Positions 28,736 through 42,382 of a stretch of DNA of 64,000 nucleotides are shown in pieces (within the stretch, counting starts at the first letter, position 1; each line of letters starts with the position of its first letter). Below the pieces are notes generated by a model. The model had not been told where the DNA came from. It did no database searches and worked only from the letters and a program-made list of their open reading frames with translations. A program made the position numbers and the translations under genes. This DNA comes from the human T2T-CHM13v2.0 reference genome, Homo sapiens, in the NCBI RefSeq assembly GCF_009914755.1, contig NC_060940.1; one strand, 5' to 3'.

Positions 28736-29856
28736 TTCTGACTCCTACTTTGGGGTGTTTTTCTCTAAGCTGCAAGAGGCTCAAGAAAAAAAAAAAAAAG
28801 CCCGGGTATCCGGCAGAGGACAGCACGCCAAGGCTGAATCTGGAGAGGAGACGCGTGGCCCCAATCCACTTCCATCTTACAGACCTCTGTTCTTTGGCAA
28901 CCCTTCTTCCTGAAAGTGAAAATCCCTTTTGTCTGTGGGAAAAACCTCATAAAAAAAAAAAAAAAAAAAAAGCCCAACTGAAAAACACATTGGTTTCTAT
29001 TCATAATTGGGGGTGGGGGGGGGAAGGAATTTCACACAGATTCAACACATACATGAAAAATAAAAAGAACCAGTGACTCAGAGGCTGACGTGTTTCCCAT
29101 TTCCTAATAGCCTTAATTTTTTAGGTCACTGCTCAGCTATTCAAAGACTGTCTCATTTAAAGATGATTTATTTATCAAGGACATTGGGAGAAGCCCAGTG
29201 AGTGTTGAATCCAAAAATGCCACAAGCAGGCCCCTCTCTGCTCACAAACAGAATGGCAACTGCCTATTTCTCTAGTTGTTTCCAAAGAGCCGCCATGTTC
29301 AGAAACCTCAAAGTGGTGAAGACAGGTGGAAAATGGTGAATATTTTGAATTTCTTCCCTACAGATAGGAAGCGGGGAATCAGAAGAAGAGGAACCAATTT
29401 CAAAACAGACAAAGCTGGGGCCTGACTAGAATTTCCAGCCACTCTTTCTGCATGGCATGTTCTGGCAAGGTCTGTGCAAAATGAAGAAACCTTCGAATAA
29501 ATTTCATTCCGCGGTAAAATACAATCTCAAGGCCTGAGGAATTTGGAGAGATTTGGAACTTTTGACCCCTTGGCTAGGTCTGTCCGTCCAACAAGTGTGA
29601 AGGAGGAGGTCAGCTCCAGCTCCCAGTCAACCATTTAGGTCAGAGAATGATTTCACCAAGTCAGCAAGGTTTGCCACTGTCAGCTGCAAACCTCCACAGT
29701 GGAATGAGTGGCATGGGTGCAGCCCTCTTTGCTCTTGTCAATGAAAACCTACTCCGTTGACAACAGGGTAGAGAATAATGGCAACAGAGAATATGACTGG
29801 GGGATTAGCACCTTCAGAGGCTGCAGGGCAGGACTTGACATGAATAAGCCAACTCC

Positions 29857-30293
29857 TCTTATGGATTGAATTCTGTCCCCCCAAAAAAGCATTGAAGTCC
29901 TAACCCCCGATACCTGTGAATGTGGCCCTATGTGGAAATAAGGCCTTATGTAGATGATCAGCTTGAGACAGTGTCACAGGGTGGTGGGCCTCCTAGGTAT
30001 GACTGGGTCCTTATAGAAGGGGGAATCTGGATGCAGAGATGGACATGCACAGAGGGGAGGCGATGTGAAGACTGGGAGGAGACGGTGCTCTAGGAACCAC
30101 GGAACCCCTGAGGCTACCAGGAACTGGAGCGAGGCCTGCAGCAAAGTGTCCCTCGAGCCCCAGAAGGAACCAGCCCTGCCGACACCTCCATCTCAGACTC
30201 GTGGCCTCCAGAACATGGGAGAATAAATTTCTGTGGTTCTAAGCCACCTGGTTTATGGCCCTTTGTTGTGACCGCCCCAGCAAACTCTTATAC
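29857..30293 (+). mobile_element. MLT1B-like solo LTR
   Basis: ttatggattgaattctgtcccccc...gaagtcctaacccc...agaaggaaccagccctgccgacacc...gaataaatttctgtggttctaagccacc. Confidence 0.85.
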
Positions 30294-30959
30294 CCGCACT
30301 GTGTGAGGTGGGTGTCTCATTATCCCCATGTCATGAACACAGTGCTAGAGAGAAATGCTACAGAAACCAGAGGTTCAAACAGCAGGTGAATAACACCGTC
30401 AAGATTTGAACTCAACTCTCTGTGACCATAAAGCTCCAATTCATCACCACATCACTCCAAGGTCCTTGTGAGTTGTGTCTCAGGAGGGGACATCTGCTTC
30501 AACCCCCTCAATGTATGAAGGAAGTCAAGGATACCAAAGAGGTCAAAGATCACACTCAACATCACCCAGCCCATCAGCAGTCAAGTTGACGTTGGGGACA
30601 CAGCTCACTGCCGGGGCTCCATCCCCTCTCCTAGCTGGCCCTCATCATGTTGGCCAGGGAGCCACTCTCAGCCAGGCAAGGAAAGAGCACTTTTCGGTCT
30701 GGAGTTATAGGTGGTGCCCCAGGGGTGCTCGCTCCATCAGAAGGGCAGGGGGCAGAGCAGGGGTGGTTCTGAGTGGAAGTGCAGGCCATGGCCCCCACCA
30801 TACCAGGTTTCTTTCTCTGGGGCATGCATGCCGGGGAGGGACACAGTGAACTGGGGGACAGAACACCTAGAAGAGTGAGGACACTTATTTCCAGAGCATT
30901 AGTTTGCTCCATGGTGAGTTGTTGCAAATATTTTTACACTGAAACAATCATCATAACTG

Positions 30960-31340
30960 ATCTCAGAATTATACTTAGCTGCTGATAATAGAGACCTAAA
31001 ATACAAGTGGCTCACATGAATTGGGAGTTCCTTCTTTATGTGAAGGAATGGTGACCCCTTGGTGTCATCAATACCCGAGCTTATTTTCCTTTCTGCTCCA
31101 CCATCCAAAACATGTCGCTTCACTTAGAGATTGCCTCATTAGCACAAAATGGCTGCTGAAGTGCTTGTCATCACATCCGGGCAGGAGGAAGGAGGAAGGG
31201 GTGAGAGGAATCTTCCAGGCGAATTAGTTCTTCTTAAAGAGCCTTCCTGGAAACCCCTACATATTGACTTCGGCATGTTGGTCATGTCTATATGCAAAGG
31301 AGTTTGGGAAGTGTTTTTAGATAGGCATCCAATTATTAAG
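30960..31340 (-). mobile_element. MLT1 LTR (old) fragment
   Basis: tacttagctgctgataatagagacc...cacaaaatggctgctg. Confidence 0.5.
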
Positions 31341-31648
31341 TGATTCTTTGTTGTTCAGTGATTAACCGTCAAAGCACCCAATAATTAAGAGATTCTGTAA
31401 ATGAGGGAGAAAAATGGACATTGAGTAGGCAAATAACGTGTCTACGACAGCAATAGATTATCAGCATAAAAAATGGTGTGCATTTCCAAGATAAACCCTA
31501 TGACTTGGGAATGAATTTAGGTTTATGATAGTCTGCTTTCGTCTGGGAACTCCTGGTAACCATATGCTTTCCCCTATATGCACTATTAGCACAGTGTGAA
31601 ACACTGAGAAACCCTACGTAGGCAAGCTAAATAACCTGACCAAGGTTA

Positions 31649-32277
<629 letters not shown>

Positions 32278-32858
32278 TTACCAAAATGAAATTTTAAAAG
32301 AGAGGAAGTTTACTTAAACCTCTTAGAGTTATCCCTCCACAAATAAGTAACCCTTCCAAGCCACAGCATCCTGATAAATTTCCCTTGGAGCTGCCTCAGG
32401 AAAAGGTCAGAGCTGATGGTGGGGCTGAGCATGCACGCAAACCCCATCCCTGCTGCTCTGGTCCTCCCAGCTGGACTGGGCACAAGGCGGTCCCCTCGGT
32501 GGGTCTCAGGAATGTAGGCAAAGGAATGATTTTGTCCAACCTGAGGGCCTTCTTTATATCCATGACTTAATTTTTGTTCTATTTAATTACAATAGCAATG
32601 GTGTTTCTTATGAAGAACAATCCAACCAAGATCTCAGAATGCCAAGTGCAATAGTCCTACCAGTCCACATCCGCAGAGGGCCCATTTTGGATCCAAGTGC
32701 AGGGACAGGGATGCATTCCATGGCATTTACATGCAGATCTCATCTCAACGGACCTGGGCCTCCTCCAGGGTGGGGCCCCTCCCTTGTTCTTCCCATGAGC
32801 CCCAACCTCTGTGATTGGCCTCTGGCTGATTAGTCAAGAACAGGAGCACTGAGGGTGG

Positions 32859-33395
32859 TGTATTAGTCAGAGTTTTCTAGAGGGGTACAACTAATAGAAT
32901 ATATGTATATATGAAAGGGAGTTTATTAAGGAGAATTGACTCTTATGATCACAGGGTAAAGGCCCACGAAAGCCTGTCTACAAACTGAGGAGCTGAGAAG
33001 CCAGTGGTGAATCACTCTTAGTCCCAAAACCTCCAAAGTAGGGAAGCCGACCGTGCAGCCTTCGGTCTGTGACCAAAGGCCCGAGAGCCCCTGGCAAATC
33101 ACTGGTGTAAGCACAAGAGTCCAAAAGCTGGATAACTTGGAGTCTGATGTTCGAGGGCAGTAAGCATCCAGCACGGGAGAAAGATGGAGGCCACAAGACT
33201 CAGCAAGTCTGCTTTATTCTAGCTGCACTGGCAATGGATTAGATAGTCCCCACCCACACTGAGGGTGGGTCTGCTTCACCCAGTCCACTGACTCAAATGT
33301 TAATCTCCTTTGACAACACCTTTACAGACACGCCCAGGGACAATACTTTGCATCCTTCAATCCAATCTGGTTGACACTTAATATTAACCATCAGA
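32859..33395 (-). mobile_element. MLT2A (HERV-L) solo LTR
   Basis: tgtattagtcagagttttctagagg...gaagcatcc-like taagcatccagcacgggagaaagatg...ttgacacttaatattaaccatca; 5-bp TSD ggtgg both sides. Confidence 0.92.
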
Positions 33396-33509
33396 GGTGG
33401 CTCTGGGTGTGTGTCCTGAGCTGTGCAAGTGGTGCCTGTCACTCCTGGCCATTCTGCACCTCTGTTTCAGGGAGGGTGGTGCTCTAACTCTCCTCCTCCC
33501 ACCAGTCTT

Positions 33510-33730
33510 TCTCTTATTTATTGAGCAAATGCTAAGTGGCAGGCTCTGGCCCGAGCACTGGGAGCACACATCCTATTCAGCCTTTTCCACCAACCGCCAG
33601 GTGGGTGCCATTATTACCCCAGTTTAGAAACAAGACTCGTTAGCTTCAGGACAGCTGTGTGTCTTGCCCAAGGTCAAACTCCAGCAAGGACAGAAATCTG
33701 AGATGCTGCTTTGGGCCTGCCTGGCCCTAG
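33510..33730 (-). mobile_element. MIR SINE
   Basis: atttattgagc...ccattattacccc...cttgcccaaggtca. Confidence 0.6.
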
Positions 33731-34519
33731 AGCCCCAGCTGTGAAGCCTGCGGTCCACTTTGGGTGCCAGCCGTTTGAGGGGAATGGGAGTAGCTTCCAG
33801 GGGGTGGCTGAGCCCATCTTGTGTCCTTAGAATAAATTAGCAGGAAGTAGCTGCACTAGAAAACCAATGTTTCTGTAAGCAGGAGACCAAAGAGGGCCCC
33901 CTCTCCATCCTCTTTCTTTCCCTGGGGTGTTCTTCTTTGCTCCATTGGGCGATCGTATCGTGAGCTGCAAGGGTCAGGAAGCCACACTCTGAAGCCATCT
34001 AACGGCCGCGTCCGGGCCTCCAGGCCTCCCTCCCTGCCTCCATTCTCCTCCCTGGGCACCTGTGTGGCCCCCAAGTCTCCTCTCCACTCTCCCCACTTGA
34101 AGCTGAGCTGCGGGCCCCTCCCAGGTCTCTCAGGATGGACCTCGCCAAGCCCCTCCAAGCGTCCTGAAGGCTCCACTGCCTCTCTTGCCGAGGGCCTTGG
34201 CGAGCACATCATGCCTGGCTTTGCTGAGCAGAGATGGATTGAACCTTTAGTCTCGGGCAGGTGCTCTGTTCCCAGAACCTCAAAGTTACCCCAACCTGTC
34301 TATGCTGGACTCTTGGCCAAGGGCCCACAAGGAAGCCCTCAAGGAAGTCTTGATGTTGTAGTTGGGGGGATAAGAGCTGACCCCAAAATCTAGAGAAAGG
34401 CCCACAGGGCCAGAAGCAGGGTGAGGGGTGGCACCCAGGAGGCCTTTGGGGTGGAGCCCTACAGGACAGAAGAGTTCGGCCCTGTGCACATGCTTAGAAG
34501 GGATGGGAGGAAAATTCTG

Positions 34520-34745
34520 GAGGTGTGAGGATGCTTGAAGGAAGGCAGGGGTGAGGTGTGAGGACCCTGAGAGAAGACAGGGGTGAGGCGTGAGGACCCC
34601 TGAGAGAAGGCAGGGGTGAGGCGTGAGGACCCCTGAGAGAAGGCAGGGGTGAGGCGTGAGGACCCCTGAGAGAAGGCAGGGGTGAGTGTGAGGACCCCTG
34701 AGAGAAGGCAGGGGTGAGGTGTGGGGACCATTGAGAGAAGGCAGG
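34520..34745. repeat. Minisatellite, about 6-7 x 33 bp
   Basis: Unit gagaaggcaggggtgaggcgtgaggacccctga. Confidence 0.93.
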
Positions 34746-35508
34746 AACTGTCCAGGGGTTAGCGAGAAAGAACCCCAGAGAGAGACACCCTGCTGGCCAG
34801 TGTGATGAGACTAAAGCTGGAGGCAGAATGTTTGATGGAAGAGTTGGTCTGAGGCTCAGGCACGCATGGTGGCTGAGTAGAGGTGTGTCCTCACCACACT
34901 GAGGGTTAGAAGAGGAAAACCCGGCAGGTGCCTTTCATACACCCACACCCTCTTTTTGGGAACAGTGACAGACACAACGCGTAAGATGAGAATTTCTCGT
35001 GTGTGACAGTCATCCCCCCACCACCCGATAAAGAGGATTCCATTCACCACCAAAGAAGGACCCTGACTTCCCACACCGACATTTTGGGCTTCTATATGTC
35101 ACACAAGGTGAAGAGAGGTGGGCCTTGTTTCTGTGTCAGGAAAGGCAGAGATGGGGCAGGGTCGGGGGATGAATAGCGCAAATAGGAAAGTGTGAAAATG
35201 CAGCGCTCTGTGTGGCCCAGGCGTGCCCTTCGCGTTGGTTGAGAGATGTGAGTGAGCAACTTGGCTTTTTTTTTTTTTTTTTTTTTTAAGATGTCCTCTG
35301 GTTGCTGCATTTGGCTTCTTTGAAGACTGCATCGCCCTGAGACTGGACCCCAGGGGTAAGGACTTCCCGGACAGTACATAGGTGGATCACCACATACAGC
35401 AGGGTCACAGCAAATCCAACAAGAACCATGTGGTCAGTGGTACTCTTGAAAATCATGTAACTCACCCTCGAATGGCAGGACTCCAGCTCTAAAAAGCTCA
35501 GACATCTA

Positions 35509-35830
<322 letters not shown>

Positions 35831-35959
35831 TTAGTTTCTGAATGTTAGCCATAGGGTCCCTTTTCCTGGGGCTGTTTTCTTAAAACAGGAGGGAAGGCAA
35901 AGGAATTTAGAACATAATTTCTTTTTAAGCACATACAATAATCAAATTCTGATAAGTGA

Positions 35960-36285
35960 AATGTGCACGTGCCTGTGTGTTCGTGTGTGCTCGTGTGTGT
36001 ACATGTGTGTGCTCATGTGTGTTCGTGTGTGCTCATGTGTACATTGCATGTGTGCATGCGTGTTTGTGTGTGCTCGTGTGTGTGCCTGTGTGTGCACGTG
36101 TGTGCTCGTGTGTTCGTGTGTGCGTTGCATGTGCTCATGTGTGTTCGTGTGTGTGTTCATGTGTGCTTTATGTGTGTGTGCATGTGTACCCAGGTGTGCA
36201 TGTGTGCCTGTGTATGCATGTGTGTGCTCATGTGAGTTTGTACTTTGCATGTGCTCATGTGTGTGCATGTGTGCCTGTGTGTGCT
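35960..36285. repeat. Degenerate (TG)n/(CATG) microsatellite
   Basis: gtgtgtgctcatgtgtgttcgtgtgtg repeats. Confidence 0.95.
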
Positions 36286-36481
36286 CTGATTCCACTGATA
36301 TATTTCATGGAGAAGAGCGGTTCCTGCCTCTGTGTCTTATTCATTGAAGCTATGCCTGCTCTCCCTGACCCAGGCTCTCCTTCCAGAGCCAAAGTCATCC
36401 TTCCTCTCACCTACTCAACCTAATAGATGCCTTTTTAAGAAACAGACCTTCCATGCATTTTCCACTCCGGGGCTTGGCGAC

Positions 36482-36776
36482 TTTTTTTCTTTTTTAGATG
36501 GAGTCTCGCTCTGTCGCCCAGGCCGGAGTGCAGTGGCGCGATCTTGGCTCACTGAAACCTTTGCCCCTCCAGGTTTAAGCAATTCTCTGCCTCAGCCTCC
36601 GGAGTAGCTGGGATTACAGGCGCATGCCACCAGTACCGGCTAATTTTTTTTGTATTTTTAGTAGAGATGAGGTTTCACCATCTTGGCCAGGCTGGTCTTG
36701 AACTCCTGACCTCGTGATCCACCTGCCTCGGCCTCCCAAAGTGCTGGGATTACAGGCTTGAGCCACCGCGCCCGGC
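36482..36776 (-). mobile_element. Alu (AluS, Sg-like)
   Basis: Antisense Alu; TSD-like tggcgactt / tggtgactt. Confidence 0.96.
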
Positions 36777-37497
36777 TGGTGACTTCTATAGTCCTTTCGT
36801 CTCTCTAAAGTGGGTAAGAGGGAAAGGTCAACACAAAACCAGCCATGGCACAGGCCTCGAGGAGAAGGCTGACCGTCCATGGACAGCAGGCCCATGGCTG
36901 CTCTAGCTCCGCTCTGCTGCTGGGAGTGAGTGGCCGGGTGGCAGGCGCCCTCCAGGGCATGGATGAAACCTCACAAATGGCGCTTTGTCGTCCCGCCGAG
37001 AGATCTGGGACATCCCGTGAGTTGGAATATATAACGCCCACTGGATTAAGAGCCGTCAGACTGGTTCCCAAAGCAAACACTGAGCTAATTTTTCCAGCAT
37101 ATGCCTTTCATGTCTGGGCTGCTTCAGGCTTTGCTGGGTCACTGGGCTCTTTGTTGCTGCCTCCGCCGAAGTCCCTGGCCCCTCCGCCTCGCTGGCTCCT
37201 GGAGTCACCCAAATCCTAATACAGTGTTCTGTTTCACTTGAGGAGCTGAAAGAGCCCCCGAAGAGTTCCTCCAAGATTGGCCTTTGAAATCCACAAGTTA
37301 GTGAGAAGGAACCCCCGGAAGTTTTGGATCACATTTCTCCAAGCCCACAGCACATGCTGGCCTGTAGAAGTCAGGTCCTCACTTCAGGATGTGTCCTAGA
37401 TCCTGTCACACGTGACCCCTCCTGAGGACTGTCTGGTGGTGCTACCCAGCCCTCTGACCAGGGGCCCCCACTGCGTCAAGTTGGTACCCAAACTCCT

Positions 37498-38409
37498 CCT
37501 GTGGCACATAAGACCCCGCCTGGTCTAGCCTCACACTCACCCCTGTGGCACATAAGACCCTGCCTGGTCTAGCCTCACACTCACCCCTGTGGTGAGGAAG
37601 GCCCTGCCTGGTCTAGCCTCACACTCACCCCTGTGGTGAGTAAGGCCCTGCCTGGTCTAGCCTCACACTCACCCCTGTGGTGAGGAAGGCCCTGCCTGGT
37701 CTGGGCTCACACTCACCCCTGTGGTAAGGCCCTGCCTGGTCTAGCCTCACACTAACCCCTGTGGTGAGTACAACCCTGCCTGGTCTAGCCTCATACTGAC
37801 CCCTGTGGCACATAAGACCCTGCCTGGTCTAGCCTCACACTCACCCCTGTGGCACATAAGACCCTGCCTGGTCTAGCCTCACACTCACCCCTGTGGTGAG
37901 TAAGACCCTGCCTGGTCTAGCCTCGCACTCACCCCTGTGGCACATAAGACCCTGCCTGGTCTAGCCTCACACTCATCCCTGTGGTAAGGCCCTGCCTGGT
38001 CTAGCCTCACACTCACCCCTGCGGTGAGTAAGGCCCTGCCTGGTCTAGCCTCACACTCACCCCTGCGGTGAGTAAGGCCCTGCCTGGTCTAGCCTCACAC
38101 TCACCCCTGCGGTGAGTAAGGCCCTGCCTGGTCTAGCCTCACACTCACCCCTGCGGTGAGTAAGGCCCTGCCTGGTCTAGCCTCACACTCACCCCTGCGG
38201 TGAGTAAGGCCCTGCCTGGTCTAGCCTCACACTCACCCCTGCGGTGAGTAAGGCCCTGCCTGGTCTAGCCTCACACTCACCCCTGCGGTGAGTAAGGCCC
38301 TGCCTGGTCTAGCCTCACACTCACCCCTGTGGTGAGTAAGGCCCTGCCTGGTCTAGCCTCACACTCACCCCTGTGGTGAGTAAGGCCCTGCATGGTCTAG
38401 CCTCACACT
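37498..38409. repeat. Minisatellite, about 21 x 44 bp
   Basis: Unit cccctg(t/c)ggtgagtaaggccctgcctggtctagcctcacactca with variant units. Confidence 0.98.
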
Positions 38410-38497
38410 GGCTCCCGTAGCTCTGAATTTATTTTTGTTCCCTCGCTGTTTCTGTGCTTCCTATTCCTAAGACATAAGTGGAAACCTACTTGCTGTT

Positions 38498-38980
38498 TGT
38501 ATTGGTATGAGTCCAAACAGGAAAAGGAGAAAACATTCTGAATACTGAAAACAGAGAGAATTTAATGCAGGGAATTGGCTACATATTTGATGGCTTTGCT
38601 AAGAAACGGACCGAGGGACAGGGAGAAACCCACAGGTGAGCGGGAGCGAAGGCCTCCTCCGTCACACCAGCCAGAGCTGGGGCAGAGGGAGGAGGCAGTG
38701 AAGGGTCACCCTGCGGATGTGCTTATCAGGGCCCTGGTTGCTGGGGCACTGGTGCTGCAGGGGAGACAGTGCCTGTGGCCGAGGAGGAGGAGGAGAGAAA
38801 ACACCCTGGCTCCTCCCTTCCTCCTACCTCTGCTTGTCCCCAGGGTCCCTTATTGGCTGAACCAGCTGGAAGCCAGCAGACATGGGGGGACTGGAGTGCA
38901 GCCCTGAGCCACCCTGCAAGACGCAGCAGAGTGGGAGGAGGCAGAGTGCACCTGCCAGTGGACCAGTGGATGGACACACA
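38498..38980 (-). mobile_element. Old ERVL-class LTR
   Basis: tgtattggtatgagtccaaacaggaaa...agagaatttaatgcagggaattgg...tattggctgaacc. Confidence 0.5.
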
Positions 38981-39069
38981 GCTGCATGCCAGCCCTGGAG
39001 TCAGGCTGCCCACTCAGATGGGAATCCATCCTTCTGCATCTCTTCTCTTCTCATCATCATTTGCATGTA

Positions 39070-39560
39070 TTTCTCAAACTCCATTGATTGAAAGTGACAG
39101 AAACGTACCTAAGAAAAGGAATGAATTGATTGGTTTGTGGAACTGAAAACTCCTGTTGTTGGATTCAGGTAGGGCTGGATCTAGGGACTCAGACAAGTCA
39201 GCAGGGTTCCATTTGGGCCACTTCAGCCCTCAGTTTTGCTTTCCTCTGTTGGGGTTCCATGATCAGGGTGGGCCAGGTAGCAGCCCCAGGCCTGAGTCTC
39301 ATTCTCCCAGCAACCTCAGTGAAAGAGGCAGCCCCTGCTTCCCATTTGCTCCAACCGAAGCCCTGGAACTGAGTCTTCTTGGCCCACGTGGACCAGTTGC
39401 TGATATGGGAACTGGCGACTGTGATCTGAGTGGTGAAAGGCTCCGATTGGCCAGGGCTGGATGCCGGACACGGGGGATAATCCCACTGAAAGTGTGGGCT
39501 AAGGGAGGAATGGAGGAGGCAACACCGATAGAGAAAGTAATGGACCTCGAGGGGACAAAA
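39070..39560 (-). mobile_element. MLT1 LTR (old) fragment
   Basis: gaaagtgacagaaac...ttcaggtagggctggatctagggactcag. Confidence 0.55.
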
Positions 39561-41764
39561 GAATCTTTGCTTTTTCTTGGCACTGGTACCCAACCAAAAG
39601 AACCGGGCAACTTGGCTGTATTTATTCCGCTGGCTACATCATCTGCCTTTCCGAGTCTTCCAAGGAAGACAGAATTTAACCCTGAAGGGTCTACGCATCC
39701 TACTGGAACTTCATCCTGCTTCTCTCTAGGAGCCCTGGAGGTCTCCTGGCTGGACGCTGTGGAGCTGAGAATGGGGCTCCTTCTGGGGGATGTTGCCTGC
39801 GCTTTGCTTCGTGGTGTTCTGGGCTTGTCTGAGGATGTGCCGGGAAGGGAATTTTGCCAAGCTGGTAAGAGCACGTGATGGGAGGCTCGACATATAAAGG
39901 AAGCCCCCGAGGCCTGCCCTATCCACAAGGTCTGGGTCATCATGGTGTCCCAAGCCTCTCCCATCAGTTTCCCATGTGTTTATCCCAGTTACCTGGAGGA
40001 ATACGCAGGAACCAAGTCTTCCTTGCCTCCTAGCACAGAAGACTGAGGGCCAGTGAGGTTGAGGGAGATGCCTGGGGCCGCTCTCCAAAGAATCCCAATG
40101 GCAGCCACCACTGTGTATGGAGTGCTGAATCAACACCTGGCTTTCGTCCTAAGAACAGTGTGAAGCCATCAATGGGTGTGAGGCACGGGGTAGCTGTGTG
40201 GGCATAGGATCTGCACACAAGGGAGGGGAAGCTCAGGGATGAAGCCCCAGCATCTTCTCACCAGAGTGCAGCTGGGAGTCCAGGATTCCATGTCCAGTCC
40301 TGCCTGCCTCTGAATCTGGAGTTCCAGCAAAATTAGGCAGAAGATCTGAAGACCACCGTGGGATCTCTAGTGGAACTCTAGGCCGTTCCGCTTTAGCAAG
40401 TTATCTCTTGGCACATTAGTTTGTGAATGGAGGCAGCTCGTGAGAAAGAGGCCGCAGACCCCACGGGCTTCTCACTCCTCCCCGAGGAGCCAGGGCCTGG
40501 TCTTAATTTCCAAAATGTTTCTGAATAGACTGATTTCTGTTCAAGGGCCTGTGACCTGGGGATCTATCCTGGCTGGAAGCTGTGGAGCCGAGGACGGGGC
40601 TCACGCTGAGGGACGTTGCCTGCACTTTGCTACCTGGTGTTTAGGGCTTGTCCAAGGACACGGCAGGAAGGGAATTTTGCCAAGCCGGCAAGAGCATGTA
40701 AAGGGAGGCCTGGCACATAAAGGAAGTCTGGGGGGTCTGCAGCTTCCCTCTCCCAGCACTGCTTCCATTCATGCATTGATGCACCAGGAGACACCTTGCT
40801 AAAATGGAACAATCTACAGTGGTCTTCAGATTTTCTGCCCAATTTCACTTTATAGGCAGCAATGAGAAGAGACTCATCTAAGATGACCCAGTGAATGAAC
40901 GGCTGGAACAGGACCAGAGACCAGAGAACAGGACCACAGACCAGCTCTCCTGGCAAGCAGTCTGCTCCCCAACTCTTCCCATTCATTCCTAGGAGAAGGG
41001 CACTGGGATTCCAACAGGAATCCTAGCACCAAAAGCTCCTAGCAAGGAGTTAAGAGTCGTGCTTTTTATAGAAACAGCCTCAATGGGCTGTGCTTCCCTG
41101 CCTGGGAGGGGCAACGATCGGGTCCCCATGCGGCTGCACCAAGGCTGATGGCTTGCTATGCGTCACTGAACCTCCATCTCTCCATCAGGGCAAATGAATC
41201 ATAACTGATGCTCCGAAGGCAGTTTACATCTAAACATGCATGCTCCTGATGAGCTCTCATCTCCTTCCTCATCCTCCATCACTCCTGCCTCATGCTTCAT
41301 GCTCCAGTGACCCCAGCCTGCCCAGAGTTCGTGGAATGCTCTGTGATGTTTCAGGATGCTGTCGCTGTGTGGCTGTCCCAGCAGCCTGAAATTGAGCCAT
41401 CCCAGCCTGCCTTTTCCTGAGCCGTCCTTTGAAACAGGCTCAGATTTTCCCTTCTCCTGGAACCTTTCACACCCTGCCTCACCTTCAGCTGAATCATTTC
41501 TCTCTGCTTTGTGGTCCTAGGGCACCTGCCATTTTTCACCTGGAGCTCCTACCTGGATGCCTTGCACACCTGTCATCCCAGTGGGCTGTGAACTGCTTGA
41601 GGACTGGGCAGGTCCCTTTTTCTCCCACCTCCACTGCCTCTTGCAGGTACTGGGAAGACAGTAGGCATTCAATAAATATCAATGAAAGCCTGCAGTGGGC
41701 ACTCAAAAAATACTGATATAAAAACTAAACTTGGCTGCCTGCACTGTGTCAGGCACAGTGGGAC

Positions 41765-42382
41765 AGGAATTCTCTGCTCCAGCTGCACCTTAGCATCCCC
41801 TGGGGGAGGGTGGCTTTTAGAAATGTAGCTGGCACCTCACCCAGATGAAAACATCAACAGAACTTTTTAAAAACTCTCAAGGCAAACATAATCAGCCAGA
41901 GATGAGTCTGCTGGGCTGGGGGATAGAAAATGGTAAAGGCCTGTTTCCCCTGACTTTGAGACGTTGACATGACCAAACTGATATTTTTTTTCCAAGAAAG
42001 AAGAGTCATTCTTAAAGGAGGTGCTGGGAAGAGCAGCAAAGCCTCCCCTGACACCCTGTTGGAGACGCAGGTTCTGGAGCCCCACCCTAGACCTGCTGAA
42101 TCAGAGACACTAACAAGGGTCTAGCCATCTGGGGGTGAACGTGCTCTGCAGGGGGCCTCAGGGTGCTGGAGTTTGAGAACCGCTGCTCTAAGACCTTGTC
42201 TCTCAGAGTGTGACCCACTCACCGCCACACCAGAAACACACAGGATGTTGTTAAAATGCAGATTCCCAAACCCCTTTCCAGATGGACTGGCGTGGAACCT
42301 TGGAGTTGCGGGGGGGGAGGTAGCATTTTATAGAAAGCTCCCCAGAGATTGTTAACCTTATGGAGACTGGATAACTAGTGCT
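41765..42382. mobile_element. Cluster of MER5A-like elements
   Basis: ccccaccctagacctgctgaatcagagac; gtttgagaaccgctg; ttgttaaaatgcagattccc. Confidence 0.65.

Noticed and set aside
35942-36423. Cys/Val and His/Thr-rich ORFs (also 49811-50494)
   Set aside because: Dinucleotide repeat translations
39156-39964. Overlapping 240 aa (+) and 221 aa (-) ORFs
   Set aside because: Mostly LTR-derived GC-rich DNA, non-ATG starts, no recognisable domain
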